A stretch of 60,983 nt of DNA, counting the filler, from Sluysia triapertura (lineage: Eukaryota): assembly GCA_046118255.1 (NCBI GenBank). It is 4 parts of 4 records of this genome, joined end to end, with 100 filler letters (N's around TTAATTAATTAA, not from the genome) between each part and the next. Parts side by side here need not be neighbours in the genome. Positions count along the whole stretch, not along the records: positions 1 to 12,509 come from JBJNIA010102656.1; positions 12,610 to 30,692 come from JBJNIA010180805.1; 2 more parts are not named here. The stretch is one strand, 5' to 3'. Below, in pieces: positions 1 to 12,680 of this stretch (within the stretch, counting starts at the first letter, position 1; each line of letters starts with the position of its first letter). Under the pieces are notes generated by a model that saw nothing but the letters and a program-made list of their open reading frames with translations, had not been told where the DNA came from and did no database searches. The position numbers were made by a program, and so were the translations under genes.

Positions 1-816
1 TTTGACAAAGTCCCTAAGATGTTCTACCAGCTTTACACTTGGCATGCAAAGAATGGCAACTCCTATCCTCCATGCATCTACTTTCTCCTGCAGAACAAAA
101 CCCAAGACACTTACAACAGAATGTTTAGAATCCTGAATCACTTGCTGCCCAACTTGTCTCCACAGACAATTCTCCTGGATTTTGAAAAAGCTTGCATGTC
201 TGCTGCCCAAATAGCTTTTCCAGGTGCAGAAATCAAAGGCTGCTACTTCCACCTTAGCCAAAGCCTTCTAAGAAAAATTGGAAATGTGGGGTTGAAAACT
301 GTCTATGATGATCAAGAGCAGATCCCCATGAGACTGAAGATGAAGTCACTGGCAGCTTTAGCATTTGTCCCCCAGGATGATGTGAGAGAACTGTTTGATC
401 AGCTGGCAGCTGAGTTTCCAGATGAAGAGAGATACAATGAGCTGATCACATACTTTGGCTCCACTTACATTGCTGGCTATGCAGGTAGAGAGCCGATGTT
501 TCCTGTCAGAATCTGGAATCATCATGCAGCAGCTGCTGCTGGACAAGAAAGAACTACAAACTGCTGTGAAGGATTCCACAATTCTCTCAGGGCTCTGTTC
601 AACTGTAGTCATCCTGGTGTGTGGGATTTATTTGAGGGATTGAAGAAAGACATGGCTATTCACATCAAAACATTGGTTGATGCAGAGATTGGCAATCCAG
701 AACCAAAAAGGAAGAAGTATGAGATATTGATGAGAAAGGTAATGTCTGTTGTTCTAGGATATGCCAATGAACAGGATAATATGAAATATCTGAGAAAAAT
801 AGCTAACATCCAGTGA
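1..816 (+). mobile_element. Mutator-like (MULE) DDE transposase, 5'-truncated by the window edge, reading frame intact to stop
   Basis: Frame is open from base 1 (FDKVPKMFYQLYT, the segment after the DGTF motif). It contains LLDFEKA, the CxxH motif GCYFHLSQ and RTTNCCEGFH with the catalytic E. AATAAA follows at 846-851. Confidence 0.92.
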
Positions 817-1499
817 AACAATTGTTTTTTGTAGATATTTGTGTCAATAAAATTTGTTCAACTGTACTTGTGATTAACTGTCTGACCACCGCAATAGATG
901 TACAATTAGGAATAAAATATAATAATGATAGTGAATTTAAGTAATTCAACCTTATTTCATTACTAATGATTTTAGTATGACGTTACACAACTCTTATTAA
1001 GATGTTGTATACAAATAAAACAATTTTTCGTAGATTTTAAGATTCCCTTAGCGTTGAATCGAACCTTATGAAAAAGTGAAATTACTTGTGCATAGATAGA
1101 ATTGTAAATTCCAAAATCTTTTCTTAAAAGTTCTAAATTTTTTAACGCTGATTCTAAAAACCGTGTCTACATAAAAATTGAAACTAAAATTTTACCTGCT
1201 TCTATTAATATTAATTAGACTGATTCCTCCATCTTGCCATATATTAATTTATTTAATTTAATAAAACAAAAAGACTTAATAATTTTTTATTTAAAAATTG
1301 AATTTAATTTAAAGATTTAATAATTTATTATTTAAAAATTGTATTTAATTTATTTAATTCTAATTTTAATAATTTTAATTTTAATAATTTGATTTTAATT
1401 ATTTAATTTTCTAACATTTTTATACTTTATTTTAAATTATCTAACATTTTATGATTCATTTTATTTTTAAGTTTAATAAAAATAATATTTGAAAAACTT

Positions 1500-2650
1500 T
1501 AAATATACTGTAATAATTTTTTTATAGTTGTTGTTTATTTATAAAATGTGTTAATGCAAAACTTGTCTCGACTTCTTCTAAGTCTCTAAAACTTTATATG
1601 TTATCTCGTTGTTTAAATTTATATCAAATTTAAATATGTGTGGATATTATTTTATACTCTAAAAAATCCTTGCTCTATATTATTAATTCAAATCTCTTTA
1701 TAAAATTTATAGTCATTCTGAACTTCAATTAATATTATCACTTAACTGGAGGTATGAATCAGTATACTCGTCCTTGCTGTTCAGGATAGAAGTGCTTAAT
1801 AATTTATTAATAATAGTTATGCAGTTACTCGCTAATCAATACTCTAATATAGGTATTTAAACTTTAATTCACTTATAATTTCCTACTGTAGCTTAATGAC
1901 CTATCTTCAATACAATTATATGTATTCCTTATTTAATTCTTGGGTTCCACTCTCAAAAAGAAAAAACTAAAATAACGAGTAAATAGTTTATTTATGAATT
2001 AAAATAAATAAGATTTTCAAACAGAAAATTTTACAATATATAAAATTTAAATATTAACGTTAATATTCATAAAAGGCAATGAAAGAAAAACTTACAATAT
2101 TAATACAATATTTGAATAAAATTGTCCGTAGAATAGTTACAATAACTGAATACAATATTTGAATAGAATTGTCCGTAGGATAGTTACAAAAACTGAATAA
2201 AATGTTTCGTGGCTACACCGACAAAATTGGTTCACGGTAATAACAAAGTTTTGTGTTGGGTTTGAAAATGTTTTCCTTTTATATTATTTCCAAAATTTAA
2301 TTATTATAATAATTGATTAAAAACGACAGTTTATAAATCGATACACAAATTTAATAGATGCTAATAATAAATCGTAGTAATAGTTTATAAATTAATAATT
2401 GTAATATACATGTGTAAAAGTACATAATTTTTTATGTAATAATAAAATTTAATCGTTAAATACATACAACAGTTATGTATGCATAATTTTTTCGTGTAAT
2501 AATAATAAATTTAGTCTTCTATAACATACAACAGTTTATCAATTTTATTTGAATATTATAATTACGTATGTACATAATTTTTTTGTGTAATAATAATAAT
2601 AACAATAATAATAATAATCACAATAATAATATTAATAATAATAATATTCA
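1500..2650 (-). mobile_element. Degenerate LTR-like repeat family A, copy 1
   Basis: About 300 bp homology to 8200-8490. Minus-strand order TATAAAA, GTAAG donor, AATAAA, GC-rich PBS-like patch (about 1940-1955), decayed ORF LSTSILNSKDEYTDSYLQL. 47-bp tandem duplication at 2102-2195. Confidence 0.55.
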
Positions 2651-5000
2651 TTGCCTTTTATTTTAAATTTATTAAAATATTAATATTAAAATTCTGAAAA
2701 TTATTAAAAATTAAAAATAAAATATTATGTTAGTTAATAAAAATTAAAACATTATGTTAACATAAGGATAGAACCAAAAGTAATGTTCTCTCGTGTAAAA
2801 ATCCTTTATAATCCGTTTAACAAATTTTATAAAGATTTCGTAATAATTTCACAAATCAAGATTTTACTACAAAATAAGATTTTATAATAAGGTTTTACAA
2901 AACAAAATTGTCAATTGGATGTTATACTTAATTTGGAATAATTCATCTTAAACTATTATGCATAGTGAACGAATATCGCCAATATTTTCCTATTCAACAA
3001 AGAGAGTATTTGAATGATAAGGAGTTATCACGAATCAAATCAAGTAACAAAATACAATAGCAATCCAAATAAATATTCGCTTTTTAAATCTTATTCTATA
3101 ACATAATTCTGTAGCTATAGTAAATAGTTTCGTGTGATTGCTGACTTTGAAAATTATATGTTATGTGGTGCAAAATTACTGAATTTTTATATTATTTTAT
3201 TTATACATAACCGTAACCATATCACATAGCTATTTAAGTACATAGACATTTTATTCGATACAACACAATACGTATTAGATAATACTTACATTAGACCTGT
3301 GCAGAGATATTTTATATTTAGACATTTATAAACGTATTACATATATTATAATTACATAATATTATGGTTTTTACGTTTATATTTATAGCTTTTACAAACT
3401 GTTTAAATCCTCAAAAAAATTAAAAGATCATCTAGATCTGACGTACTACTAAAAGAAGTCAAAAATATAAAAGAAATAATTTTATTATTTGTAATTGGAA
3501 ATAACCAATCAAAAATTATAATCATCACAAATAAATAGCTAATTTGTATTTTCATGCAAAAGCATTGTTGACCGATCACAAATCAGTTGTTTCAACAAAG
3601 AGTGTCATTGTCTTTATCGTATTTATAATTTTTAAGAACCCCATAAACTTTGTAAATATTGTATAAAACAATTCGAAAATAAAAAAAAATTTAAATAAAC
3701 TTTGGAAATAAAAATTTTTTAATAAAATTTGGCAGTGATTTTATTATTACTAACTATACAAATACATTATGTTGTTAGGGTCCGCCAACGATTTAATCTG
3801 ACGTGACGTATTCGTAGGTTTTATAAAGTAAGTAACACTACAAAGGTCTACAAAGACTTCAATTTTATTACATAGATTAACTAAAATAAAGTAAAATCAT
3901 TTTATTTTACTCATTTGAAAATTATTCAACAATTTTAGGTCAATTAATTTTAATCCTTTCTTTATCTAATCGGTGCTTTTAAACATGATACAAAGTAGAC
4001 AGGTCGTTTACTCTGAATTTTAATATTTAAGTAATACTTAGTGACAATCAATATAAAATGATTTTATGTAACTACTATTATTATAAGACAAATGATTTAA
4101 TTTGATTATTCTTTTATTATTATTATTATTAATTGTCAATTGCTTTATTACAAATTCCTTTTTAATTCAAAGATAAATTAAATTACTCTTATTACTTTTA
4201 CAAATTCCTTTCCATACAAAAATAATTGACTTTTATGAAAAGGTCTTTAATTACTTCTAAAAGGCAACTTTTATTAAGAACACAATAAGATTGAGCAAAA
4301 TAAGATTTATTATATCAAACAGACTCAATAATAAACAATGTACAAGATTTCTTCCACTCGGCAGTATAATTTCACTCAATTTTTACAATAATATAAGGAA
4401 TATAAATGCTATTATTACTAGAAAAAGTCTCTAGCAACTAATTTAAATTTTAGTTAATACTTTTTATCTAACGGAAAACTAGACATTAACAGAGTCTTAA
4501 TATCAATTAACTCACTGATGACTTCTCTAAGAGAAATTTGAAAGGATAAAGCTTCACTCAAGTCCTTATATAAACCAAATAATTAAATCTTCTCGATGAT
4601 GAAATCTACAGTAGGAAACTAGACGATCAGAACGCTTCAATGTTGAAGGGAATATCGACGAATAATAACCACAAATTGTTTAATCTTTTATTAATCAGTG
4701 CTGCTTCTTTAATAGTAGTGTAAACCACTATAACAATTGCCATAAAAAGTTTCAGAGAGTTTCGTGTTGATTTAGCTTATCTTTTTTGTGCGTCCTTTGA
4801 TAAAGTTTTTTATAAATAATTTTAATTTTTCTGTCATTTGTAAGTTTATGTAGTTCATGTATTATTTATTTATTTTAGATACAGTTTTTTAGATATAAAT
4901 CCGAGGTTAGTTATTATTTCAATTACGTATAATTAATTATTTTATATTTATATTTATTTTACATTATTTTAAAATGTCAAAGTACAAGTAATTTGTTTTA

Positions 5001-5004
<4 letters not shown>

Positions 5005-5062
<58 letters not shown>
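5005..5062. repeat. (TTA)n microsatellite; similar tracts at about 9040-9095, 19063-19119, 30612-30692, 35507-35565, 47788-47856 and 53973-54060; (TA)n at about 29128-29162
   Basis: Directly visible. Confidence 0.95.
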
Positions 5063-5063
<1 letters not shown>

Positions 5064-6823
5064 GTTATTATGTTTTTTTGAGGTTGAATCATTTGATCAG
5101 CGGATTTACATGTTGACAATTGAATTGCACTTTATAATATCTAAAAACATCTAAATATCCACGAATACTCACATTACAACGGTTAAATAATCAAAACCAT
5201 CAAAAAGTAACCAGAATCACCTCTAAATAATGAAGCAAAAGCGAAAAATTAATAGACAAATGTAAAAAATGCACAAAAAATTACGGATCAAACATATAAG
5301 TCACAAAACATGAAAAATCCACTAGAAAGTGACTACTAACAGGAAATAAAATAAATATTAAATTTTAATAAATATGATGAGAATTAAATTATATATTTTA
5401 GATTCCTGAACAAGAAAATAGTGCATAAACATAAGAATTTTGTAATTATAAATAATTTTGATGTTTAATTTTAATTTTTAATGGATTTTGATATTCAATT
5501 AATATTTGGCTTAACGTATAGTATGAAAATAGGGAATAAAAATAAAATATAACAAAATAATATAACATGCTACCAATTTTTATTTATCTTTACAAACGCC
5601 TTATTTATTTTTGTCATATTTTAACCAATAAGTATTTTGTAAAGACTTAGTTTAAATTATTAATTGGATTTGAAAACAAAACACATACTGAATTTAGCAT
5701 TCTTATTTCTGTAGATCTCGCGATAAGTTAAAAAATACTCACGATAACATGTAATCAGTTTATAAGTATAAAGTTTAAATTATCCCAGTTCTATATATAT
5801 AAAGATATGTATGTAAAGATGTATATAAAAGTTTTTAAATTTTTAAATAGATACTAATTAATCTTAAATTTTATTGATTTTAAATTTTTTATCAGATATT
5901 GTAAATTATTATCATAGATGCTTTTGACAAAATGTAATAATCAGATTGTAATCGTAATTCAAAAATTCAATTTTAGAATCAAATACTTCCACAATAAAAC
6001 TCCAATAAAACTGTTTACGTGCGTTTTAAAACTTTTTTAAGCATTATGATTTTACAGTAAAAAATAACCCTTTACATTGTATTTCTTACTGATATTACAC
6101 TATGGAAAATAATTTTAACAATTTTATTCTATAATAATTTTTCCATAATCACTTTTTTCAAAGTTAATTTCATTATATGGCCAATTTTACTCTACAATTA
6201 AATAACAAACAAAGTAATTATAATAAATCTGTAAAAAGTACAATAACATGAAATATAATTATAATAAATATGGCGTGGCATATATCAAATAAAATAACAT
6301 TAAATAAAAGAATTAAAAACATAAGCGTGGTTTACTTTTTAATAATCAAGATATTTTAAGCGCGTGACGCCCATATTGGAATTTTGAAATATAAAATCGT
6401 TAGAAAGCTCAACTAATCACGCTAGTAAACGAATAAGCAAATGTGTTCAATTCATAATTGTAATATCAATACACAGGTCAAAATTCGGTGTCTAATTCAA
6501 ATCCAAACAATATCTGTTCGTAGATTACGTTTGCAGAATAAAGAATAATAAAGAATAAACTAAGTTTTTTGTTTTATAAATAAATTGACAAATTACAAAA
6601 TATTGTTTCCAACATGGTAGCTGCACAAATAACCAAAAATTAGACATATGCAAGTGTTGGAGACGTATTATTAGGATTTTATAACTTGATTTTAGGAAGC
6701 TTTTATTGATATCTTAAATGTAACTTAAGCTAAAATGCAATTTATTTAGTTAATCAAAAACTTAACTTAAACGATAAAACGTGACAAATAAAATTAATTT
6801 TAATTTAGGATTTTACAAATTAC

Positions 6824-7240
6824 ACAACCATTTTATTAAGGTGTTCAGAAAAAATCAATAAACTATACAACCCTTTTATTAAGGTGTTGTTCAAAAATAA
6901 ATATTTTTATTTTATATATATTTCACAACCCTTTCATTAAGGTGTTGTTAGAAAACACATATTTTAATCGGTAAATTTACTTGATAAGTTTCACAACCCT
7001 TTTGTTAAGGTGTTGTTGAAAAAGCAATATAATATTTTAATGTGGAAAATAATTAACTCAAACTTAATACAATACATTACTTAACGTCAAAAAATACAGG
7101 TCAATTGCAAATAAAATATAATACAAAGTACAGGTCAATAGAAACAAAATATAATAATGATGATTTTATAATAATTCAATTTAAAATTGATTATTGTATG
7201 ATTTTTAATATAAGTTGCCCAATCCTCTTTAAGGTGTTGG
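6824..7240. repeat. Interspaced array of five 22-24 nt hairpin repeats
   Basis: ACAACCCTTTTATTAAGGTGTTGT and variants start at 6824, 6867, 6925, 6993 and 7219, separated by non-identical spacers. Confidence 0.85.
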
Positions 7241-8199
7241 TACAGAACAATAATTAAGATTTTAAGTATGATTTTAGTATTCTCGCTTAGGATGAATAAA
7301 AATAAAACCTAATAATAAAAAATTACTTATTTGACATGGATAATTAAATTATCTTCTTTAATATGTGACCAAGAATCTTGTTAAATATTTTGTTCAAAAA
7401 TCGTTTTCTATTTATATTAGTTCACAAAAATCGAGCTGAAAATTAATGATTAAAAATATTTTTCTTATTTCTATTTATATAATTTTTCCTAAAGATATTT
7501 TTCGGAAGATATTAATTTAATAAAACAAAATTTTTATCTCAATTATTTTAAACAAATTCTTTGTTTGATTTTAATATTTTAATTCTTAGTTTTATATTTT
7601 TATTTTCTCTAATTAGTTCAATTTTCTAATTAATTATATTTTTAATTTTTATAATTTATTTGTTTTTTAAATATTTATATTTAATATAATAAAATTAATA
7701 TTAAAAATTGACACTATTACATATGAAACATAAAACATAAATAAAAATATATCTGACACATTTAACAATGGTAAATATTATTAAGTGAATTGCAAATTGT
7801 GTATTGTGAATTTACATACAGATTCCTGGCCAATCAGATTTATACATCGTCAATTATTTACATTGTTATGCCAATTTTTTATTTATTTTACTTTTTTATT
7901 TATTTTAATAAGTAATTCTAGATAAAAAAATGAATTTTTAAAATAATCTAAAAAATAATTATTTATTATCTACTTATTTTAGTAAGCATACAATTTTTAA
8001 TTAAAATTATTTTGTTTATCAATATTATAATTTCCCAAAACGGGGTGCAATGCCGACCTAACGATATGATTTTGGTTTCTTAATTAATTATTTTATTAAA
8101 ATTGTACTTTGCAATATAGTTATTACATGTCATATCTACACAAAATATTTTAGTTGTAAAAATTAAACCTTCACTTTAATAAACTTTTAACAATTCGTT

Positions 8200-9030
8200 T
8201 GTAATAAATTTTTTATTGTTTAAATGTTAGTTCAATGTAAAATTTATTCTTAATTTCTTCTAAGTCTTTTTAATTGAGCTTTTAACTCTTTAAATTTGTA
8301 TCAAGTTTAAATATGTCTGAAGATTATTTTGCGCTATAAAAATCCTCACTATATGTTATCAATTCAAGTCTCCTTTATAATTATTTTAGACTACTTGTTT
8401 AATATTATTACTCTATATTAAATTTAGCTGGAGGTATGAGTCAATATACTCGTCCTTACTGTTAAGGATGGGAGTGCTTAATTACTACTTAGTTATGCTT
8501 TAAATAATTTTGTTAGCGATCCCGCTCTCAACTGAATTTTATGTTTCAATAATAAAAATAGAACAAGATAATAAGTTATTTATTTATAGTTATTAATAAA
8601 AAATTTTTAGATCCAAAATAAAATAATAAACAATCACTTACCACTTCGATCAATATAAAAATTTAGTTGTCTTTTATTTTAATCTTCAATAAATCGCTGA
8701 GTTGTAACACCTTTCTTTGTATCTTCTTATTTTAGTACGATCTATCATTCCCGATATTTCTGTTTATTCGTTTAATCGTTCGGACACGTTATTATTTTTC
8801 AACAATTTTGTTTCCACTTTTATACTGTTTTTTAATATTGTACTAATAATCAAAATCAATAATTTACAAATTTATATAATAGTCTAAATATACATATAGT
8901 AATTGCAATAAATTTATATAATAGTCTAATTTAAATTTTTGTACAGTCAATTTCACATAATTTACATACAGTAGTTAAATATAACAGTGATTAAATTTGT
9001 TTCTAATAATACAGTAATTATTTATGAATT
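8200..9030 (-). mobile_element. Family A, copy 2
   Basis: Core 8428-8482 (LSTPILNSKDEYIDSYLQL) with the same TATA (about 8820), donor (about 8638) and AATAAA order. Confidence 0.55.
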
Positions 9031-9035
9031 CTGAT

Positions 9036-9067
<32 letters not shown>

Positions 9068-9539
9068 GGTAATAATAGTAACAATAATAATAATGATAAT
9101 TTATTATCTCATTTTTGGATCATAAAATATTAAAATAATATTAAATTAAATATATTATTATTAAAATTATGTTATAATAAATTAAAAGTAAATGTTATAT
9201 ATTATGTTAAATATTATAAAAGTATTATTATTAAAATTATGTTATAATAAATTAAAAGTAAATATTAAAATATTATTATGTTATATATTATGTTAAATAT
9301 TATGTTAACAAAATCATAAATTGCATTTGTTATTGCGGCAAGAAAACCGAGTATTTCATTATTTAATATTTATTTAATTTTTATATCAGACGCAGTAATA
9401 TTTGTACAAGAGTTAATATTATCTGTTATTTGTGAATTTTTCAATTTTTGGTTTTGATAATATTTCAAAATAATTCCATTAAATTATTTCTTTTATCGCA
9501 TAGCATTTGAATTTCTTTTTCTCACATTTCTTAGCTTGT

Positions 9540-10070
9540 TTCATATTCGTTTGTAAGTTTTGGGTCAATAAGATAAATTAAACGCTCGTCGAGATAGATA
9601 AAGGAAATAACATTATCTCTTAAACATTCAAGAAGGTACAAATGTGGCGATTGTACAACAAATGAATGTATTTAAAGTTTTATAAGTCAAATTTATCCAC
9701 AGTAAATGAGCAACCGCTTTCATTTTGTAATTAATTGAGTAATGGCAGCGCCATCATAATAACCAAATATAAGCGAGAAACTGTATGATATAACTAAGTT
9801 CTAACTATACTAATGAAATAAGAGAGACGTTTAAATGAAAGTTTGTGTAGTATTTCGTGATATTACTTTACAGAATTTGAGGAATTCGATTTGTAATATA
9901 TTTCTGTGTTGTCAATCTTTTTAATTTTTCATGTCTCAATCAATAAACCTAATGCTATCGACATTTTACTTTAAAATATGCATCGTTATCTAATACACAA
10001 AGTAACGAATGGAATGCATTGAAGAAAACTGAAAATTGAAAGGCCTTCAAGTCATGCACGATTGCACCAG
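9540..10070 (-). pseudogene. Highly decayed hAT (ZMYM-type) transposase remnant
   Basis: Minus strand gives FGYYDGAA near 9740-9768 and a YIH..H-like segment near 9645-9672. Multiple frameshifts. Confidence 0.4.
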
Positions 10071-11699
10071 AATTGAATATCATTCTTAAATGCTAGAAAA
10101 TCAAACACTATGAAATCATGCCTAATAAATAAGGATTTGTTCATAATAGATATGCATAAATACATTTACATGTATACATACAGTCTTAAGAGAAATAATA
10201 AAAATAAGAACTGAAGAATAGATGAAAAGAGGTAAAAGAAATAACAATAATATAATAACAATATGATGACAATAATTTTAGTAACAATATTAAATTTTAG
10301 ATTGCAGTGTGTATGCATGTATTGTTATCAGTATTATGATTGTGAAAATATGTTGCATTTTTAATTGTTATATTGTTATATCTTATATTTTTTGTATGTT
10401 ATATTCGTTTGGTTTTTATTAGCTGTATCATGTTTAGTTGAAGTTGGTTTATAATTTAAGTTTTAATTTATCGTTTTTTCAAAACAAAATTTACTCTATA
10501 TTTATTTTTTATGTTCTGTTCCCTGGTTAAGTTATAAAATTTATATGTAGTTCAGTCTATTTTGTAATTAAATTAACTTAAACAAGTTGATTTAATGCTT
10601 TTTCAATATTCTTATTTAGAGATAAGGTTCGATACTCGTCTCTGTTGTTAGAATTTTATAACTATTATTGTAAACTCCTTAAAAATCTCATCCTCTAATC
10701 CCAAGTGAATATCTATTAACAAATATAAGAGTTTGTACAGAAAAATTTATCAATCACCTTTATTTTCTAAGTTGCAATAAAAATTAATGTTGTATTTTAA
10801 TAAGCGAAAGGAATATTAGTTTAAAAAAACCAATGAATCAAATTATCAATATTGGAATTTTCCAATCAAGGTTGAAAAACCGATATTGATATCGTTGAGT
10901 GAGATTGTTGAATAATGAAATGGATCAAAGTTGTTAATTGTAACTCTAATAATGTTAATGGATCAAAATTATCAATATTAGAATTTGTCAATTAAAGGTT
11001 TTGAATCAAATTAGAATAAATTATACAAAGTTCGATCTATATACACATCAGAATTTATTTAGAAAAATTAAATTATATAATTATTAAATTATATAATTAT
11101 TATATAATTATACAAATATTAACTTATTATACACACCATTCAATATAGTATTACTTTTCATACATACAATATTAATTTTTGTATAATTCAATTTTAACAT
11201 TTAACATAATAATGCGCTATTTATTTACATGCTTATACTTGCTTACAGTTTATTTATTAGAGATTTTTATTAGTTAATTTTTCAGATATTTTTATTCACG
11301 TTTTTATTAATGGTGCATCATTATTTTTATTTTCAACAAAAAATTAAAGTTAACACTTCATTTTTAATTTACTTTTTCAACAATTTTATTTTGTTTAATT
11401 TAATTTGATTTTAACTTTTCAACATTTATTTTTAATTTAATTTTTCAACAATTTCATTGTAAAGTTTTAAGCTTACATATACATTCGCAAACGCTCATCA
11501 TAGATATTAATATTATTTTGTATATATTACATTAGATTTCATTTTATTTATCGTAAATCACAAAGGTTCCATTTTATTAAAGTTATTAAATTCGTTATTA
11601 TTAATCAATTGGACTAATTAACATTCTAATAATATGAATAATATATTTTATATACTTAAGTTTTTTTTTGAATACATCGTTTTGTGAGTTTTAACTTTC

Positions 11700-12480
11700 C
11701 TATAAAGTTTTTCTGTATTTAAAATTCCGTGCAATTTCTTATGTATATGTTAAAATTTGTAAAATATTATGTTCTGTTAATGTTACGTAGAACTTAAATG
11801 CGTTTAAATGAACTCTTAGTTTCTGTTAGTATCCCAAATTTCTTTAATAATATTCTTACTTTATTTCGTTGTTTATACTTATTTGGAAATAAAATCCTTT
11901 ATTCAATACGAACTCTTATTAAATTGTTTGTTAATATTATTTATACTTTCTTTTACATTCAATTTATCTGAACGCGTGAGTTTGAATACTCGTTTCGATG
12001 GTCTGAAAGGTATTCGTTATTTTCAGAAAGTCCGTTAATTTTGATTTTGAGATTACTCAATAAAATTTACCTATTAAATGTGAATCAAAATTTGACTAAC
12101 TCTTTTGGAAACTATGTTTCGATTGTATTTTTATTTCCATCTTAGGGGCTCTATTTTCAATTTAAATAAAACAAATAAAATTAAACACAATGAAATTTAT
12201 TTAAATAATCTACAAACTTTTTCTTTTTTTATATTCAGTCAAAAATAAACAAATCTACTCACTATTAAATTCAAAAGAAATCCATAAAAGTTCTGATTTT
12301 CGGTCAGTCTATAAGTTAATAACAATATCGTTAACCCATTGATGATATATTGATCCACATGGAATTGAATTATCCTTTTCCTTTGTTATTTGATAGATTT
12401 TTGTTTAGTTACATCATTCCTTTTTTAATTATACCAAGGACGATATTTATCCTATTTTTTGTAAAATAGTAGTTAATACT
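11700..12480 (-). mobile_element. Family A, divergent copy
   Basis: Core 11968-12008 (SDHRNEYSNSRVQI); PBS-like patch about 12143-12160. Confidence 0.5.
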
Positions 12481-12509
12481 ATAGTTTACAATTTCAGTAA
12501 GCAGTTGAT

Positions 12510-12609
12510 NNNNNNNNNNNNNNNNNNNNNNNNNNNNNNNNNNNNNNNNNNNNTTAATTAATTAANNNNNNNNNNNNNNNNNNNNNNNNNNNNNNNNNNN
12601 NNNNNNNNN
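12510..12609. other. Assembly gap with artificial linker (44N-TTAATTAATTAA-44N); identical at 30693-30792 and 47857-47956; plain gap at 21525-21656
   Basis: The same 100-bp construct occurs three times; the linker gives stops in all six frames. Confidence 0.97.
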
Positions 12610-12680
12610 AGTGGTGTCAAAGTGGCGGCCCGCGGAGGCAAATCATGCGGCCCGTAAAGCAAAAAGGTTTGACACCACTG
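12610..12680. mobile_element. Miniature hAT (Buster/Charlie-type) MITE, about 72 bp
   Basis: TIRs (C)AGTGGTGTCAAA / TTTGACACCACTG, two subterminal GCGGCCCG motifs, and a right flank ATCTAATG fitting an nnnTAnnn 8-bp TSD. The left end abuts the gap. Confidence 0.85.

Noticed and set aside
358-643. ORFs 358-612 (-) and 455-643 (+)
   Set aside because: Shadow frames of the MULE transposase.
6824-7240. True CRISPR array
   Set aside because: Intron-containing eukaryotic context, no cas genes, and irregular spacer lengths (about 20 to 200 nt).
12554-12565. TTAATTAATTAA motif recurring three times
   Set aside because: Always centred in an identical 100-bp N block; scaffolding linker.
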